32,000 nt of DNA from Candidatus Saccharimonadota bacterium (GTDB lineage: Bacteria > Pseudomonadota > Gammaproteobacteria > Enterobacterales > Enterobacteriaceae): contig NZ_CP135009.1 of assembly GCF_039383305.1 (NCBI RefSeq), positions 240,001 through 272,000 of the forward strand, read 5' to 3'. The position numbers and the translations under genes are program-made. Below are positions 1-8,525 of the stretch, piece after piece. The stretch's first letter is position 1. The number at the start of each line of letters is the position of its first letter. The notes beneath the pieces are model-generated. The model ran no database searches. It was not told where the DNA came from and worked only from the letters and a program-made list of their open reading frames with translations.

Positions 1-165
1 ATTTGGGCAATTTCTGGAAATATTAAAATTACACAAATTAAAAACAAAAAAAAATTAAAATTTTTTTATACAAAAATTTCTCAAATATATGCAAAAGACA
101 TTATTTTTTATATGTTATTAAAATTTAAAAAATATATAAAATTTAAAAATATTAAAAAATTTTAA
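1..165 (+). CDS. 3' end of an unidentified protein-coding gene (5' end lies outside the window)
   Basis: Frame 1 is open from base 1 to a TAA at 163-165 (54 codons, ...IWAISGNIKITQIKNKKKLKFFYTKISQIYAKDIIFYMLLKFKKYIKFKNIKKF*). A stop-free run this long is unlikely by chance at this A+T content. I do not recognise any family. Confidence 0.35.
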   Translation: MWAISGNIKITQIKNKKKLKFFYTKISQIYAKDIIFYMLLKFKKYIKFKNIKKF

Positions 166-262
166 AATTTTTTTAATAAAACTATTATAAAATAATATTA
201 AAAAATTTAAAAATAAAAATTTATATTATAGAATTTTTTTTTTAAATAACATAATATTTATT

Positions 263-490
263 TTAAAAAAAAAAAATTTTTTTATTAATTATTTTATATT
301 TAATTTTAATCATATTTGGATTTATATTAGTATATTTGGATATAATAGTTAATAATTCATTTTTTAATTTTGGAAAATAAATTGGTTCTTTCAAAGATTT
401 TCTTTGTTCTTTTAAAATAATTTTTAAACGTTTTTTAGCAACTAAAGCAGTTTTTTTTTGTTTAAAGAAAAAAAATTTTAAAATAGACAC
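263..490 (-). CDS. minE: Cell division topological specificity factor MinE
   Basis: The N-terminus MSILKFFFFKQKKTALVAKKRLKIIL resembles E. coli MinE [25 protein letters not shown]. It has a GTG start 2 nt after the minD stop and is preceded by AGGAGGT. minCDE order is conserved. Confidence 0.9.
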   Translation of the reverse strand: MSILKFFFFKQKKTALVAKKRLKIILKEQRKSLKEPIYFPKLKNELLTIISKYTNINPNMIKIKYKIINKKIFFF

Positions 491-492
491 GA

Positions 493-1305
493 TTACCTCC
501 TAAATAACCATTGTAAAAAGCTTTTTTTTTTATATTCAATAAAACGAAAAGGAGTTTCTTTTCCAATTAAGCGCTGTATAGTATCTTGATAAGCTTTTCC
601 AGCATTGGAAAAAGAATTTAAGATAATTGCAGTTCCTTGATTGGAAGATCGTAATACAGAATTATCTTCAGGAATAATTCCTATTAATGGAATTCGTAAA
701 ATATCAAGAATATCATCTTTACTTAACATATCTCCTTTCTTGACTTTTTGAGGATTATAACGAGTAATTAACAAATATTCTTTAATAGGAGTTTTTTTAA
801 ATTTTGCTCTATAAGATTTAGAAGATAAAATTCCTAAAATTCGATCTGAATCACGTACTGAAGAAATTTCAGGATTTGTAATAACAATGGCTTCATCAGC
901 AAAATATAAAGCTAAAATTGCACCTTTCTCAATTCCAGCAGGAGAATCACAAATAATAAAATCAAAAGTCATACTTTTTAATAAAGTAAAAATTTTTTCT
1001 ATTCCTTGTTTTGTTAATGAATCTTTATCTCTAGTTTGAGAAGCAGGTAAAATAAATAAATTAGGAGTATTTTTATCTCGAATTAATGCTTGAGAAATAA
1101 CTGCTTCTTCATTAATTACATTTAAAAAATCATATACTACGCGTCTCTCACAACCCATAACTAAATCTAAATTTCTTAATCCAATATCAAAATCTATTAC
1201 AACAGTTTTATAGCCTAATAATGCTAATCCTGTAGCAATAGATGCACTAGAAGTTGTTTTTCCTACTCCTCCTTTTCCAGAAGTAACTACAATAATTCGA
1301 GACAT
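493..1305 (-). CDS. minD: Septum site-determining ATPase MinD
   Basis: MSRIIVVTSGKGGVGKTT carries the deviant Walker A motif. The product is 270 aa and near collinear with E. coli MinD. Confidence 0.97.
   Translation of the reverse strand: MSRIIVVTSGKGGVGKTTSSASIATGLALLGYKTVVIDFDIGLRNLDLVMGCERRVVYDFLNVINEEAVISQALIRDKNTPNLFILPASQTRDKDSLTKQGIEKIFTLLKSMTFDFIICDSPAGIEKGAILALYFADEAIVITNPEISSVRDSDRILGILSSKSYRAKFKKTPIKEYLLITRYNPQKVKKGDMLSKDDILDILRIPLIGIIPEDNSVLRSSNQGTAIILNSFSNAGKAYQDTIQRLIGKETPFRFIEYKKKSFLQWLFRR
495..501 (-). promoter_or_regulatory. Shine-Dalgarno AGGAGGT for minE, embedded in the last codons of minD
   Basis: The minus strand reads ...TTATTTAGGAGGTAATCGTG. This is a perfect SD core a few nt upstream of the minE GTG, and it is unusually G-rich for this genome. 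Confidence 0.6.
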
Positions 1306-1345
1306 AAAAAATTTTATCCTTTTTTTTAAAATAAAAAAATTTAAA

Positions 1346-2050
1346 TTAAAAACATTGAATTATTAAAGATTGTTCTTTTAAATAAATACTAACAGTTTTT
1401 CCGATATATTTTTCTGGAATTTGTTCCAATACCCAATATTCTCCCGCGATAGAAATTAATTCTGCAAATAAATTAGAACAAAAAATTTGACTAGTGATAT
1501 CTCCATTAGCTCCTGCTAATACTTTTCCTCTCATTATTCCATAAATGTGTACATTTCCATCTGAAATAATTTCAGCTCCAGCATTAACATTATTTTTAAT
1601 AATTAAGTCTCCATTTGGTATATAAATTTTTTGTCCAGATCTTATTGGTATATTAATAATATGTGTTTGAAATTTTGTTTTTATTGTTTTAGGAAATTTT
1701 GAATAAGAAATAGATTTTTTATAAAAATTAGATTGTGAAATATCAGTTCCTTCTGATAAAATTGGAATTCCAGAATTTAAAATTATATTTTTAAAATCTA
1801 GATTTTTACAACCACTTACTCCAATAATTAAAAAACCAGCAGATAAAATAACATCTTTAATATAATTCCAATTTACAGTATAGGATAGCTCCGAAACATT
1901 TAGAACTACTGGAGCTTGTTTAAAAAATTTAGGAGATTTATTTACAATTTTAAGCAATTGTTCTTCTAAAGAATTTAAAGAAATATCTTTTAAATAAATC
2001 ACTGAAATTGTAAAATTTTTTCCTTTTATAGAAATCTCAAACGAACTCAT
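1346..2050 (-). CDS. minC: Septum site-determining protein MinC
   Basis: It lies upstream of minD. The C-terminal beta-helix region (GNVHIYGIMRGKVLAGANGD) is typical of MinC. The track start at 2062 is a TTG, and the ATG at 2050 (MSSFEISIKGKNFTISV, compare E. coli ...IELKGSSFTLSV) is more likely. Confidence 0.88.
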   Translation of the reverse strand: MSSFEISIKGKNFTISVIYLKDISLNSLEEQLLKIVNKSPKFFKQAPVVLNVSELSYTVNWNYIKDVILSAGFLIIGVSGCKNLDFKNIILNSGIPILSEGTDISQSNFYKKSISYSKFPKTIKTKFQTHIINIPIRSGQKIYIPNGDLIIKNNVNAGAEIISDGNVHIYGIMRGKVLAGANGDITSQIFCSNLFAELISIAGEYWVLEQIPEKYIGKTVSIYLKEQSLIIQCF

Positions 2051-2177
2051 TTTTTTACTCAATTAATAAAATTTTTTTAAAAAAAAATTTGTTAAAAATA
2101 TTTAAATTTAAATTAGGATTGTTATAATAATGTTTAATTAATTTTAATAGTTTAAATATAGGTATAGAAAATTCTAG

Positions 2178-3212
2178 ATGAATAATATTATTCAAGATTC
2201 AAAAAAATATCTTAAAGAAAATAAAATTTTATCTCAAAGTATTAATTTTTCTAAAATATCTAACATTATTTTTTCTGGATATTTATCACATTTAACTCCA
2301 GATATTTTTAAATTAAAAAAATATATTTTATATACACAAAAATGTAATATTTTTCAAGAATTTTCTAATAATATACATAAAAATATTATTTTTAATACAT
2401 ATAGAATAAAAAAAAAACTTAAAAAATGTGAAAATTTAATCTTTTTTTGGTCTAAAAATAAAAAAGAAATAATTTTTGAATTATCGTATTTATTTTCAAA
2501 ATTAAAAAAAAATTGTAAAATTTATGTGACAGGTTCTAAAAAAAATGGTATTCGAAGTCTTCCAAAAATTTTTTTAAAATTTATAAATTTTAAAAAAATA
2601 GATTCAAAATCACATTATTTATTATATTACGGAAGAATAAAAAATCCTATACAATTTTTTCTAAAAGATTTTTTTAAAATACATTATTGGAAAAATTTAA
2701 AAATTTTACATTTACCAGGTGTTTTTGGATATAAAAAAATAGATGAAGGTAGCCTTTTCTTAATATCTACATTTAATAAAAATATTAAAGGAAAAATTTT
2801 AGATCTTGGATCTGGATCTGGAATTTTAAGTGTAGCATTATTTCAGATTAATAAAAACCTTAAATTACATTTAAGTGATTTTTCAAAAAATTCTCTTATT
2901 TCAAGTCAAAAAACTTTATTAATGAATAAAATTCCAGGAAAAATTTATACTAGTAATATTTTTTTAAATATTTTTAAAAAATTTAATTTAATTATTTCAA
3001 ATCCTCCTATTCATAAAAATTTAAAATTAAACTATATAGTTCTTTTTAACATTATTACTAATTCTAAAAATTTTTTAAAAAAAAATGGAGAACTCAGAAT
3101 AATTGTTAATTCTTTTGTATCTTGTAAATTTTTATTAAAAAAAATTTTTAAAAATTGTAATCTATTAAAAAAAAATAAAAAATATAAAATTTACCAATCA
3201 TATAAAAAATAA
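2178..3212 (+). CDS. rsmC: 16S rRNA (guanine1207-N2)-methyltransferase RsmC
   Basis: 344 aa against 343 aa in E. coli. Collinear motifs are LIFFWSKNKKE (LIYYWPKNKPE), VTGSKKNGIRS (VVGENRSGVRS), LPGVFG, the SAM site LDLGSGSGILS, the catalytic IISNPPIH (NPPFH) and NGELRIIVNSF. Confidence 0.85.
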   Translation: MNNIIQDSKKYLKENKILSQSINFSKISNIIFSGYLSHLTPDIFKLKKYILYTQKCNIFQEFSNNIHKNIIFNTYRIKKKLKKCENLIFFWSKNKKEIIFELSYLFSKLKKNCKIYVTGSKKNGIRSLPKIFLKFINFKKIDSKSHYLLYYGRIKNPIQFFLKDFFKIHYWKNLKILHLPGVFGYKKIDEGSLFLISTFNKNIKGKILDLGSGSGILSVALFQINKNLKLHLSDFSKNSLISSQKTLLMNKIPGKIYTSNIFLNIFKKFNLIISNPPIHKNLKLNYIVLFNIITNSKNFLKKNGELRIIVNSFVSCKFLLKKIFKNCNLLKKNKKYKIYQSYKK

Positions 3213-3220
3213 AAAATATA

Positions 3221-3307
3221 TACCCGAAGCGGGACTTGAACCCGCAAGACTATTTATAAGTCGAGGGATTTTAAGTCCCTTGTGTCTACCAATTTCACCA
3301 TCCGGGC
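3221..3307 (-). tRNA. leuZ: tRNA-Leu (anticodon UAA), class II with long variable arm, no encoded CCA
   Basis: The reverse complement is GCCCGGATGGTGAAATTGGTAGACACAAGGGACTTAAAATCCCTCGACTTATAAATAGTCTTGCGGGTTCAAGTCCCGCTTCGGGTA. It folds as a cloverleaf with anticodon loop CTTAAAA and is close to E. coli leuZ. It is followed by TATATT, not CCA. Confidence 0.93.
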
Positions 3308-3323
3308 AAAAAAATTTTTTAAT

Positions 3324-3394
3324 AAGCGCATCCCGGAATTGAACCGGGTTATACGGATTTGCAATCCGATGCATAACCAATCTGCCAACGCGCT
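3324..3394 (-). tRNA. cysT: tRNA-Cys (anticodon GCA), no encoded CCA
   Basis: The reverse complement is AGCGCGTTGGCAGATTGGTTATGCATCGGATTGCAAATCCGTATAACCCGGTTCAATTCCGGGATGCGCTT. The acceptor stem AGCGCGT/ATGCGCT pairs and the anticodon loop is TTGCAAA. cysT-leuZ adjacency matches E. coli. Confidence 0.93.
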
Positions 3395-3448
3395 TTTTAT
3401 AAACTTATGATTTTAAAAAACTATTTTTTATAATAATTTTTTTTATTT

Positions 3449-3533
3449 AGGAGGAAGAGAGATTTGAACTCTCGAATAATTTCTTATTGGCGGTTTTCAA
3501 GACCGCTGCCTTAAACCACTCAGCCATTCCTCC
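3449..3533 (-). tRNA. serT: tRNA-Ser (anticodon UGA), class II, no encoded CCA
   Basis: The reverse complement is GGAGGAATGGCTGAGTGGTTTAAGGCAGCGGTCTTGAAAACCGCCAATAAGAAATTATTCGAGAGTTCAAATCTCTCTTCCTCCT. It has anticodon loop CTTGAAA, variable arm AATAA/TTATT and T-arm GAGAG-TTCAAAT-CTCTC. Confidence 0.93.
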
Positions 3534-3646
3534 AAATTTTTTCTTATAATAATAAAATATTTTACAGAAAAAAAATAAAATGTAAAGCTCATTATAATTT
3601 TTTTTATTAGAATTTTAGTATAATCTAAAATCAATATTAAAATTAA

Positions 3647-4771
3647 TTATATGGTATTAGGCAAAGAATATAATTTTATTGTTACTCGTCTATCAAATGC
3701 TAAAAAATTTTTTAAAATTTCTTGATTTTTAATTGTAGAATATGTTGAAGCGTCAAAAAAATGATTACAACCCATTCCTTTCAAAAAAATTTTTTTAATA
3801 GGAAAATTTTTTGACTTTAAAAAATCAGCGACAATTTGTGCTCTTTTTTCTGATAATTTTTGATTATTTTCTACAGTTCCAAATTTATCAGCATATCCCG
3901 TAATCATAATATATTTTGTATCACAATTATATTGTGTAATTTTTTGTATAAAAGATTCTAAAATTTTTTTAGAAACCTCAGAAAGTTCATAACTATTAGA
4001 ATCAAATAAAATATTTTCTTGAAGATCCATTGAAACATTAGATCCATTTCCAATCGAGATATTCGAAAAATTTGTATTAATTTTATTATTTTGATAAGAA
4101 TATTTTGAATATGAATTTATCGGATGATTTTCAGAATTATTTTTATAATTATTAAAATTCCTAGAAATACCAACATTAAAACAGCCCCAAGTAGCATTTT
4201 CTAAAGAAGAAAATCCATCTTGCATAATTTTTTTAAAATTATAATCAAAATGCACATTAGTTTTATGAGTAAATAAATAATCTAACCCTAATGTTAAAAT
4301 TGGTAAAATTTTATATGTTGTATGTAAATCTTTATTTGATTTTTCAAAATCATTCATATCTTTAAAATTTTGTACTGAATACATTGTACCAATTCGAGAA
4401 TATACATTTAACGAAGAAGATAATGGTACAGAAAATTTTGCAGTTCCAGAAAAATCATAATTATAAATTTCAGGTAAAGAAAATTGTAATATTGGTAAAA
4501 TTTTTCCGGATATATCTGTATCTACTTGAAAATGTAAATATGGATTAAATTTATAACCAATAAAACCACCAAAATTAAAATTTTTGATATGATTAAACAA
4601 ATTTGATATAGTAAATAATTCTTTTATTTCTTGTACTCCAACTCCATTATGAGGAGGTAACCAATTATTTTTAATTCCAGTATACCAATAATGTTTTTGT
4701 ATTTCTGAAGCTTGTACAGTAGAAAATATACTAGATATAAAAAATATTAAAAAAAACAATATCTTTTTCAT
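3647..4771 (-). CDS. ompA: Outer membrane protein A (beta-barrel plus OmpA-like peptidoglycan-binding domain)
   Basis: The C-terminal OmpA domain reads ...ILFDSNSYELS...ITGYADKFGTVENNQKLSEKRAQIVADFLKSK...DRRVTI. The likely start is the ATG at 4771, giving signal peptide MKKILFFLIFFISSIFSTVQA. The track start at 4807 adds 12 residues. Confidence 0.85.
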   Translation of the reverse strand: MKKILFFLIFFISSIFSTVQASEIQKHYWYTGIKNNWLPPHNGVGVQEIKELFTISNLFNHIKNFNFGGFIGYKFNPYLHFQVDTDISGKILPILQFSLPEIYNYDFSGTAKFSVPLSSSLNVYSRIGTMYSVQNFKDMNDFEKSNKDLHTTYKILPILTLGLDYLFTHKTNVHFDYNFKKIMQDGFSSLENATWGCFNVGISRNFNNYKNNSENHPINSYSKYSYQNNKINTNFSNISIGNGSNVSMDLQENILFDSNSYELSEVSKKILESFIQKITQYNCDTKYIMITGYADKFGTVENNQKLSEKRAQIVADFLKSKNFPIKKIFLKGMGCNHFFDASTYSTIKNQEILKNFLAFDRRVTIKLYSLPNTI

Positions 4772-4972
4772 AAAAGAACTCATAATTTTAAAAATGTTAA
4801 AATACATAAATATAAATTTTATTATTTCATTATAATATAATGAAGTATATTATTTTCATTAAATAAATTATTAAAATTTTTTTTAAAAAAAAATATAAAT
4901 TTTATAAAAAATTTATAAATTAAAAATTTTTAAGATATAATATAATTTTATAAAATTTAATATTAAAAATAT

Positions 4973-6523
4973 TTAATGAGTAATTTTATAATAAAAATGT
5001 TGTAAATTAATTCCTGTTATTTTTAAAGAAATTAAATATACAAAACTACTTAAAATAAATACTAAAAAAACTCGAGTAATTCGAATAAAAATATTACCAA
5101 CATGCCATGAAGGTATAAAATACAAAATTATATATAAAAAAAGAGACATAATAATAGTTGATAAAAAAATTTTCCATAAAAAATTTAACCAATCTGGCTG
5201 AGGTTTAAAAATTTTAGTACGACATAAAGAAAAAAATAATAAAAAAGTGTTAATCCAAGCAGAAATACTAATAGATAAAGCTAATCCTGATTGTTTTAAA
5301 AAAAATACAAAAATTATATTTAAAATTTGAGTGATTAATAAAATAATAAAAGAAATTTTCATTGGAGTTACAACGTTTTTAATAGAATAAAAAGCTGTAG
5401 ATAACACTTTTGTAGACATTAATGCAATAATTCCTGAAGTATAACATAAAAGAATTTTTTGAGTCATAATTGTATCAAAATCTGTAAAATGTCCATATTC
5501 AAATAAAGATATAATTAAAGGTTTAGAAAAAATAAATAAAAATGCAGTACCCGGAAAAGATAATAAAACCGAAATACGTAAACCCCAATCCAATAATTTA
5601 GAATATTCTATTTTAGAATTTAAAGTATGATGTTTAATTAATTTCGGGAATATTAATGTACTTACTGACACTCCTAATACTCCTACCGGAAACTCCATTA
5701 ATCGATCAGCATAATACAACCACGAAATTGAACCAGAATTAAATAAAGAAGAAATAATACTATTAATTACTAATGAAATTTGACCAGCAGCAACACCTAA
5801 AATTGCCGGAGAAATTCTTTGTAATACTTTTTTTAATCCACTATTTTTAATATTAAATTTCGGAAAAACTAAAATATTTTTTGTACATAATGTAGGAACT
5901 TGATATGCAATTTGTAACATACCCCCAATAATAATTCCCCAACCTAAAGAAGAAATTTGAGGATTAAAACAGGATGGTTTAAAAAATGTACTTAATAAAG
6001 TAAAAAAAATAATACTAATGTTTAATAAAATAGGAGAAAAAGAAGGCAATAAAAAACAATTATATGTATATAGAATCGAAGAAATAAATGAAGATAAAGA
6101 TACAAAAAAAATATAAGGAAAAATAATTTTAAACAATTGCACACCTAAATATAATTTATTTGTATCTTTAGAAAAACCAGGTGATGTTATTAATACTATT
6201 GAAGAAGGAAAAAAAATTCCTAATATAATAAAAAACATTAATAATGTAATTAAAACTCCTAAAATAGTGGCAATAAAATCTTTAATTGTTTTTTTATCAT
6301 ATTTTGTTTTATATTCTGATAATACAGGAATAAAAGCTTGTGAAAATGCACCATCTGAAAAAATTCTTCTTAAAAGATTAGGTATTTTAAAAATTGAAAA
6401 AAATACATCTGTTTCTACTGAAGCTCCAAATGTATAAGCAATTAAAAAATCTCGAATAAATCCTAAAATCCGACAACATGAAGTTATTATACTAATAGAG
6501 GCTAAAGATTTTAAAAGATTCAT
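4973..6523 (-). CDS. murJ: Lipid II flippase MurJ (MviN)
   Basis: MNLLKSLASISIITSCCRILGFIRDFLIAYTFGASVETDVFFSIFKIPNLLRRIFSDGAFSQAFIPVLSEY is the canonical MurJ N-terminus. The product is a 516 aa polytopic membrane protein. Confidence 0.93.
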   Translation of the reverse strand: MNLLKSLASISIITSCCRILGFIRDFLIAYTFGASVETDVFFSIFKIPNLLRRIFSDGAFSQAFIPVLSEYKTKYDKKTIKDFIATILGVLITLLMFFIILGIFFPSSIVLITSPGFSKDTNKLYLGVQLFKIIFPYIFFVSLSSFISSILYTYNCFLLPSFSPILLNISIIFFTLLSTFFKPSCFNPQISSLGWGIIIGGMLQIAYQVPTLCTKNILVFPKFNIKNSGLKKVLQRISPAILGVAAGQISLVINSIISSLFNSGSISWLYYADRLMEFPVGVLGVSVSTLIFPKLIKHHTLNSKIEYSKLLDWGLRISVLLSFPGTAFLFIFSKPLIISLFEYGHFTDFDTIMTQKILLCYTSGIIALMSTKVLSTAFYSIKNVVTPMKISFIILLITQILNIIFVFFLKQSGLALSISISAWINTFLLFFSLCRTKIFKPQPDWLNFLWKIFLSTIIMSLFLYIILYFIPSWHVGNIFIRITRVFLVFILSSFVYLISLKITGINLQHFYYKITH

Positions 6524-6622
6524 TGTATATAACCTTAGTCACATTTTACTATTGAAAATAATATTATATTAAATTATAAATATTATAATAAAATTCATCA
6601 TCATGTAATATTATAAACTATG

Positions 6623-6859
6623 TTAAAAGAAAGATATAATTTTTTTTAAAAAATTATTTTTTGAATTATTTGATAAAATAATTATCTTAAATAAAAAAAT
6701 TTTTAAAAGAAAAAATAAATTATTATATAAATATTTTTTAAAATATTCTAAAATACTTTTTTTATTCAAAAAAAATAATTATTTAATAAATTTTAAAAAA
6801 TATATAAAATTTTTAAAAATATAACAAATTATATTTTTAATATCTACTTTTATTTTCAA
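6623..6859 (-). pseudogene. Possible decayed flgN-like remnant (79-codon frame with one internal stop, no ATG)
   Basis: The minus strand reads LKIKVDIKNIICYIFKNFIYFLKFIK*LFFLNKKSILEYFKKYLYNNLFFLLKIFLFKIIILSNNSKNNFLKKIISFF*. It lies immediately downstream of flgA, where flgM/flgN sit in E. coli. Resemblance to FlgN is only faint (NKKSILEYFKKY against EEKSSLLATLDY). Confidence 0.2.
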
Positions 6860-6873
6860 AAAAAAATAATATA

Positions 6874-7530
6874 TTATAAAAATATATAAATTTTTTTTTC
6901 TTTATGTAATTTCCCAAAAATAATTTTTTTTTTATTTAAGAGAATTTGGATTTTTTGATTTACTTCAGCATCTTGTAACGAAGTTCCAAAAACTTTAATT
7001 ATAAAACCTTTACCATATAAAAAAATTGGAATTATATCTCCTCTTTTAACTAAAAAAAAAGAATGTAAATTTTGATATGAAAAAGGTTGATTTGGAGAAA
7101 GAGGATTTATTAATTTTTTATTTAAAATATTTTTAATATTATAAATAGAAGTAGAAATATTATATGGAATGTTTAAATATTTAATTTTAATATCAGATTT
7201 AGAAATTATAACACCTTTTTTTAAAAATTTAGAAGCTACAAAATATTTATAGAATTTTTTTTTTTTATAAAAATTTTTATTTTTATTAAAAATTTTATAA
7301 TTTTTTTTTTTAAAATCATTTTTTTTAAATGTTTTTTTTATTTTATATTGTAAAAAAAAATTTTTTTTTTTCTTACTAGCATTTACGAAATGATTATTAG
7401 TTAGAATTTTAAAATCTAATATTTTTTTTTTTTTATAATAAATATTATCATTAAAATTTTTTGTTAAAATAAAAGGCTGAAAAAATACCTGAAAAATATA
7501 CAAAAAAAAAAATATTAATTTTAAAAACAT
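6874..7530 (-). CDS. flgA: Flagellar basal-body P-ring formation chaperone FlgA
   Basis: It is divergent from flgB, as in enterics. The C-terminal half (INPLSPNQPFSYQNLHSFFLVKRGDIIPIFLYGKGFIIKVFGTSLQDAEVNQKIQI) aligns with the E. coli FlgA SAF/beta-clip region (LSPDQPIQLTQFRQAWRVKAGQRVNVIASGDGFSANAEGQALNNAAVAQNARV). Confidence 0.8.
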   Translation of the reverse strand: MFLKLIFFFLYIFQVFFQPFILTKNFNDNIYYKKKKILDFKILTNNHFVNASKKKKNFFLQYKIKKTFKKNDFKKKNYKIFNKNKNFYKKKKFYKYFVASKFLKKGVIISKSDIKIKYLNIPYNISTSIYNIKNILNKKLINPLSPNQPFSYQNLHSFFLVKRGDIIPIFLYGKGFIIKVFGTSLQDAEVNQKIQILLNKKKIIFGKLHKEKKIYIFL

Positions 7531-7686
7531 AAAATATCCTTTTTGAAATAAATTAATAAAAGAAATATAATCTATTGAAAAATATAAATATATTTTTTTT
7601 ATAAAATTTTAATAAAAAAACAATTTACTATTTTTTTTTCTACAGATAAAATTCATTTAATTATAAATTTTTATTTGAGAAAAAAA

Positions 7687-8073
7687 ATGTCATTTTTTGT
7701 ATCAAAATTTTTTGAATTAGATAAAATTGCTTTAGAATTATTACTTTATCAACAAAAAATAATTATTTCAAATATAGTTAATATACAACGAAAGAATTAT
7801 TTTTCAAAAAATATAAATTTTAAAAAATCTTTTATTGAAGCAGTTAAACAACGTCAAAAAAATTTAAAAAATCCAAATTTTAAAATTGATTATTCAAAAA
7901 TCATTGTTGAAAAACGAAAAAATTTTATATGTAATAACAATATAAAAAAAAATAATAAAAATTTAGATTTAGAAAGAACAGAATTCTTAAAAAATTCCCT
8001 GATGTATCAAAAATGTTTAGCTTCAATTAAACAAAAAGAACGTATATTTTTAGACGCTATAGGAGCTAAATAA
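7687..8073 (+). CDS. flgB: Flagellar basal-body rod protein FlgB
   Basis: It is the first gene of the flgB operon. It has the N-terminal rod motif ...LYQQKIIISNIVNIQRKNY (compare E. coli ...QRQEILAANIANADTPGY). An ATG at 7687 is preferred over the TTG at 7675 used in the track. Confidence 0.8.
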   Translation: MSFFVSKFFELDKIALELLLYQQKIIISNIVNIQRKNYFSKNINFKKSFIEAVKQRQKNLKNPNFKIDYSKIIVEKRKNFICNNNIKKNNKNLDLERTEFLKNSLMYQKCLASIKQKERIFLDAIGAK

Positions 8074-8075
8074 TT

Positions 8076-8504
8076 ATGCTATCATCATTATTTGATTCTT
8101 TTAATATTACGGCTGCTTCATTAATTACGCAAGCTAGATTAAAACAAATTAATATAGAAAATTTATCAAATGCATCTAGTTTAGTTAAAAATTTTAATGG
8201 TTCATATCATACATATGTTCCTAAAAAAGCTATTGTTAAATTTTTACCTTATCAAAAAAATGAAAAAAATATTGGTAGTATATATATAGATAAAATTATT
8301 GACAAAGAAAAACCAAAAAATTTTATAAATAAATTAGATTATATGTCATTAAAAAATTATGAAAATTTAAAAACAAATCATACTAATTTTTTAACCGAGA
8401 CTGTTAAAAATTTAGATATTTCATTGCAATATAAAATGAGTTTAGAAATTTTAAAAACAATTAAATCTTTAATTTTAAAAACTTTATCATTATATGAAAT
8501 ATAA
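8076..8504 (+). CDS. flgC: Flagellar basal-body rod protein FlgC
   Basis: MLSSLFDSFNITAASLITQARLKQINIENLSNASS compares with E. coli [33 protein letters not shown]. Position and size (142 aa) fit. Confidence 0.85.
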   Translation: MLSSLFDSFNITAASLITQARLKQINIENLSNASSLVKNFNGSYHTYVPKKAIVKFLPYQKNEKNIGSIYIDKIIDKEKPKNFINKLDYMSLKNYENLKTNHTNFLTETVKNLDISLQYKMSLEILKTIKSLILKTLSLYEI

Positions 8505-8525
8505 TTTGTTAAGGAAAGATTATAA

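Noticed and set aside
166-262. Possible terminator between the unidentified 3' gene end and minE (CTATTATAAAAT ... ATTTATATTATAG)
   Set aside because: The inverted repeat is imperfect and all A/T apart from its terminal C-G pair. It cannot be distinguished from background.
2063-2177. Candidate sigma-70 promoters in the minC/rsmC divergent spacer (for example TTGTTA ... TAATAA)
   Set aside because: TATAAT-like and TTGNNN-like hexamers occur everywhere in this A/T-rich DNA. No spacing or conservation evidence lets me single one out.
3198-3380. 60-aa minus-strand ORF in the supplied track
   Set aside because: It is entirely composed of the tRNA-Leu and tRNA-Cys genes (3221-3307, 3324-3394). 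Its relatively high G+C and open frame are by-products of the tRNA sequence.
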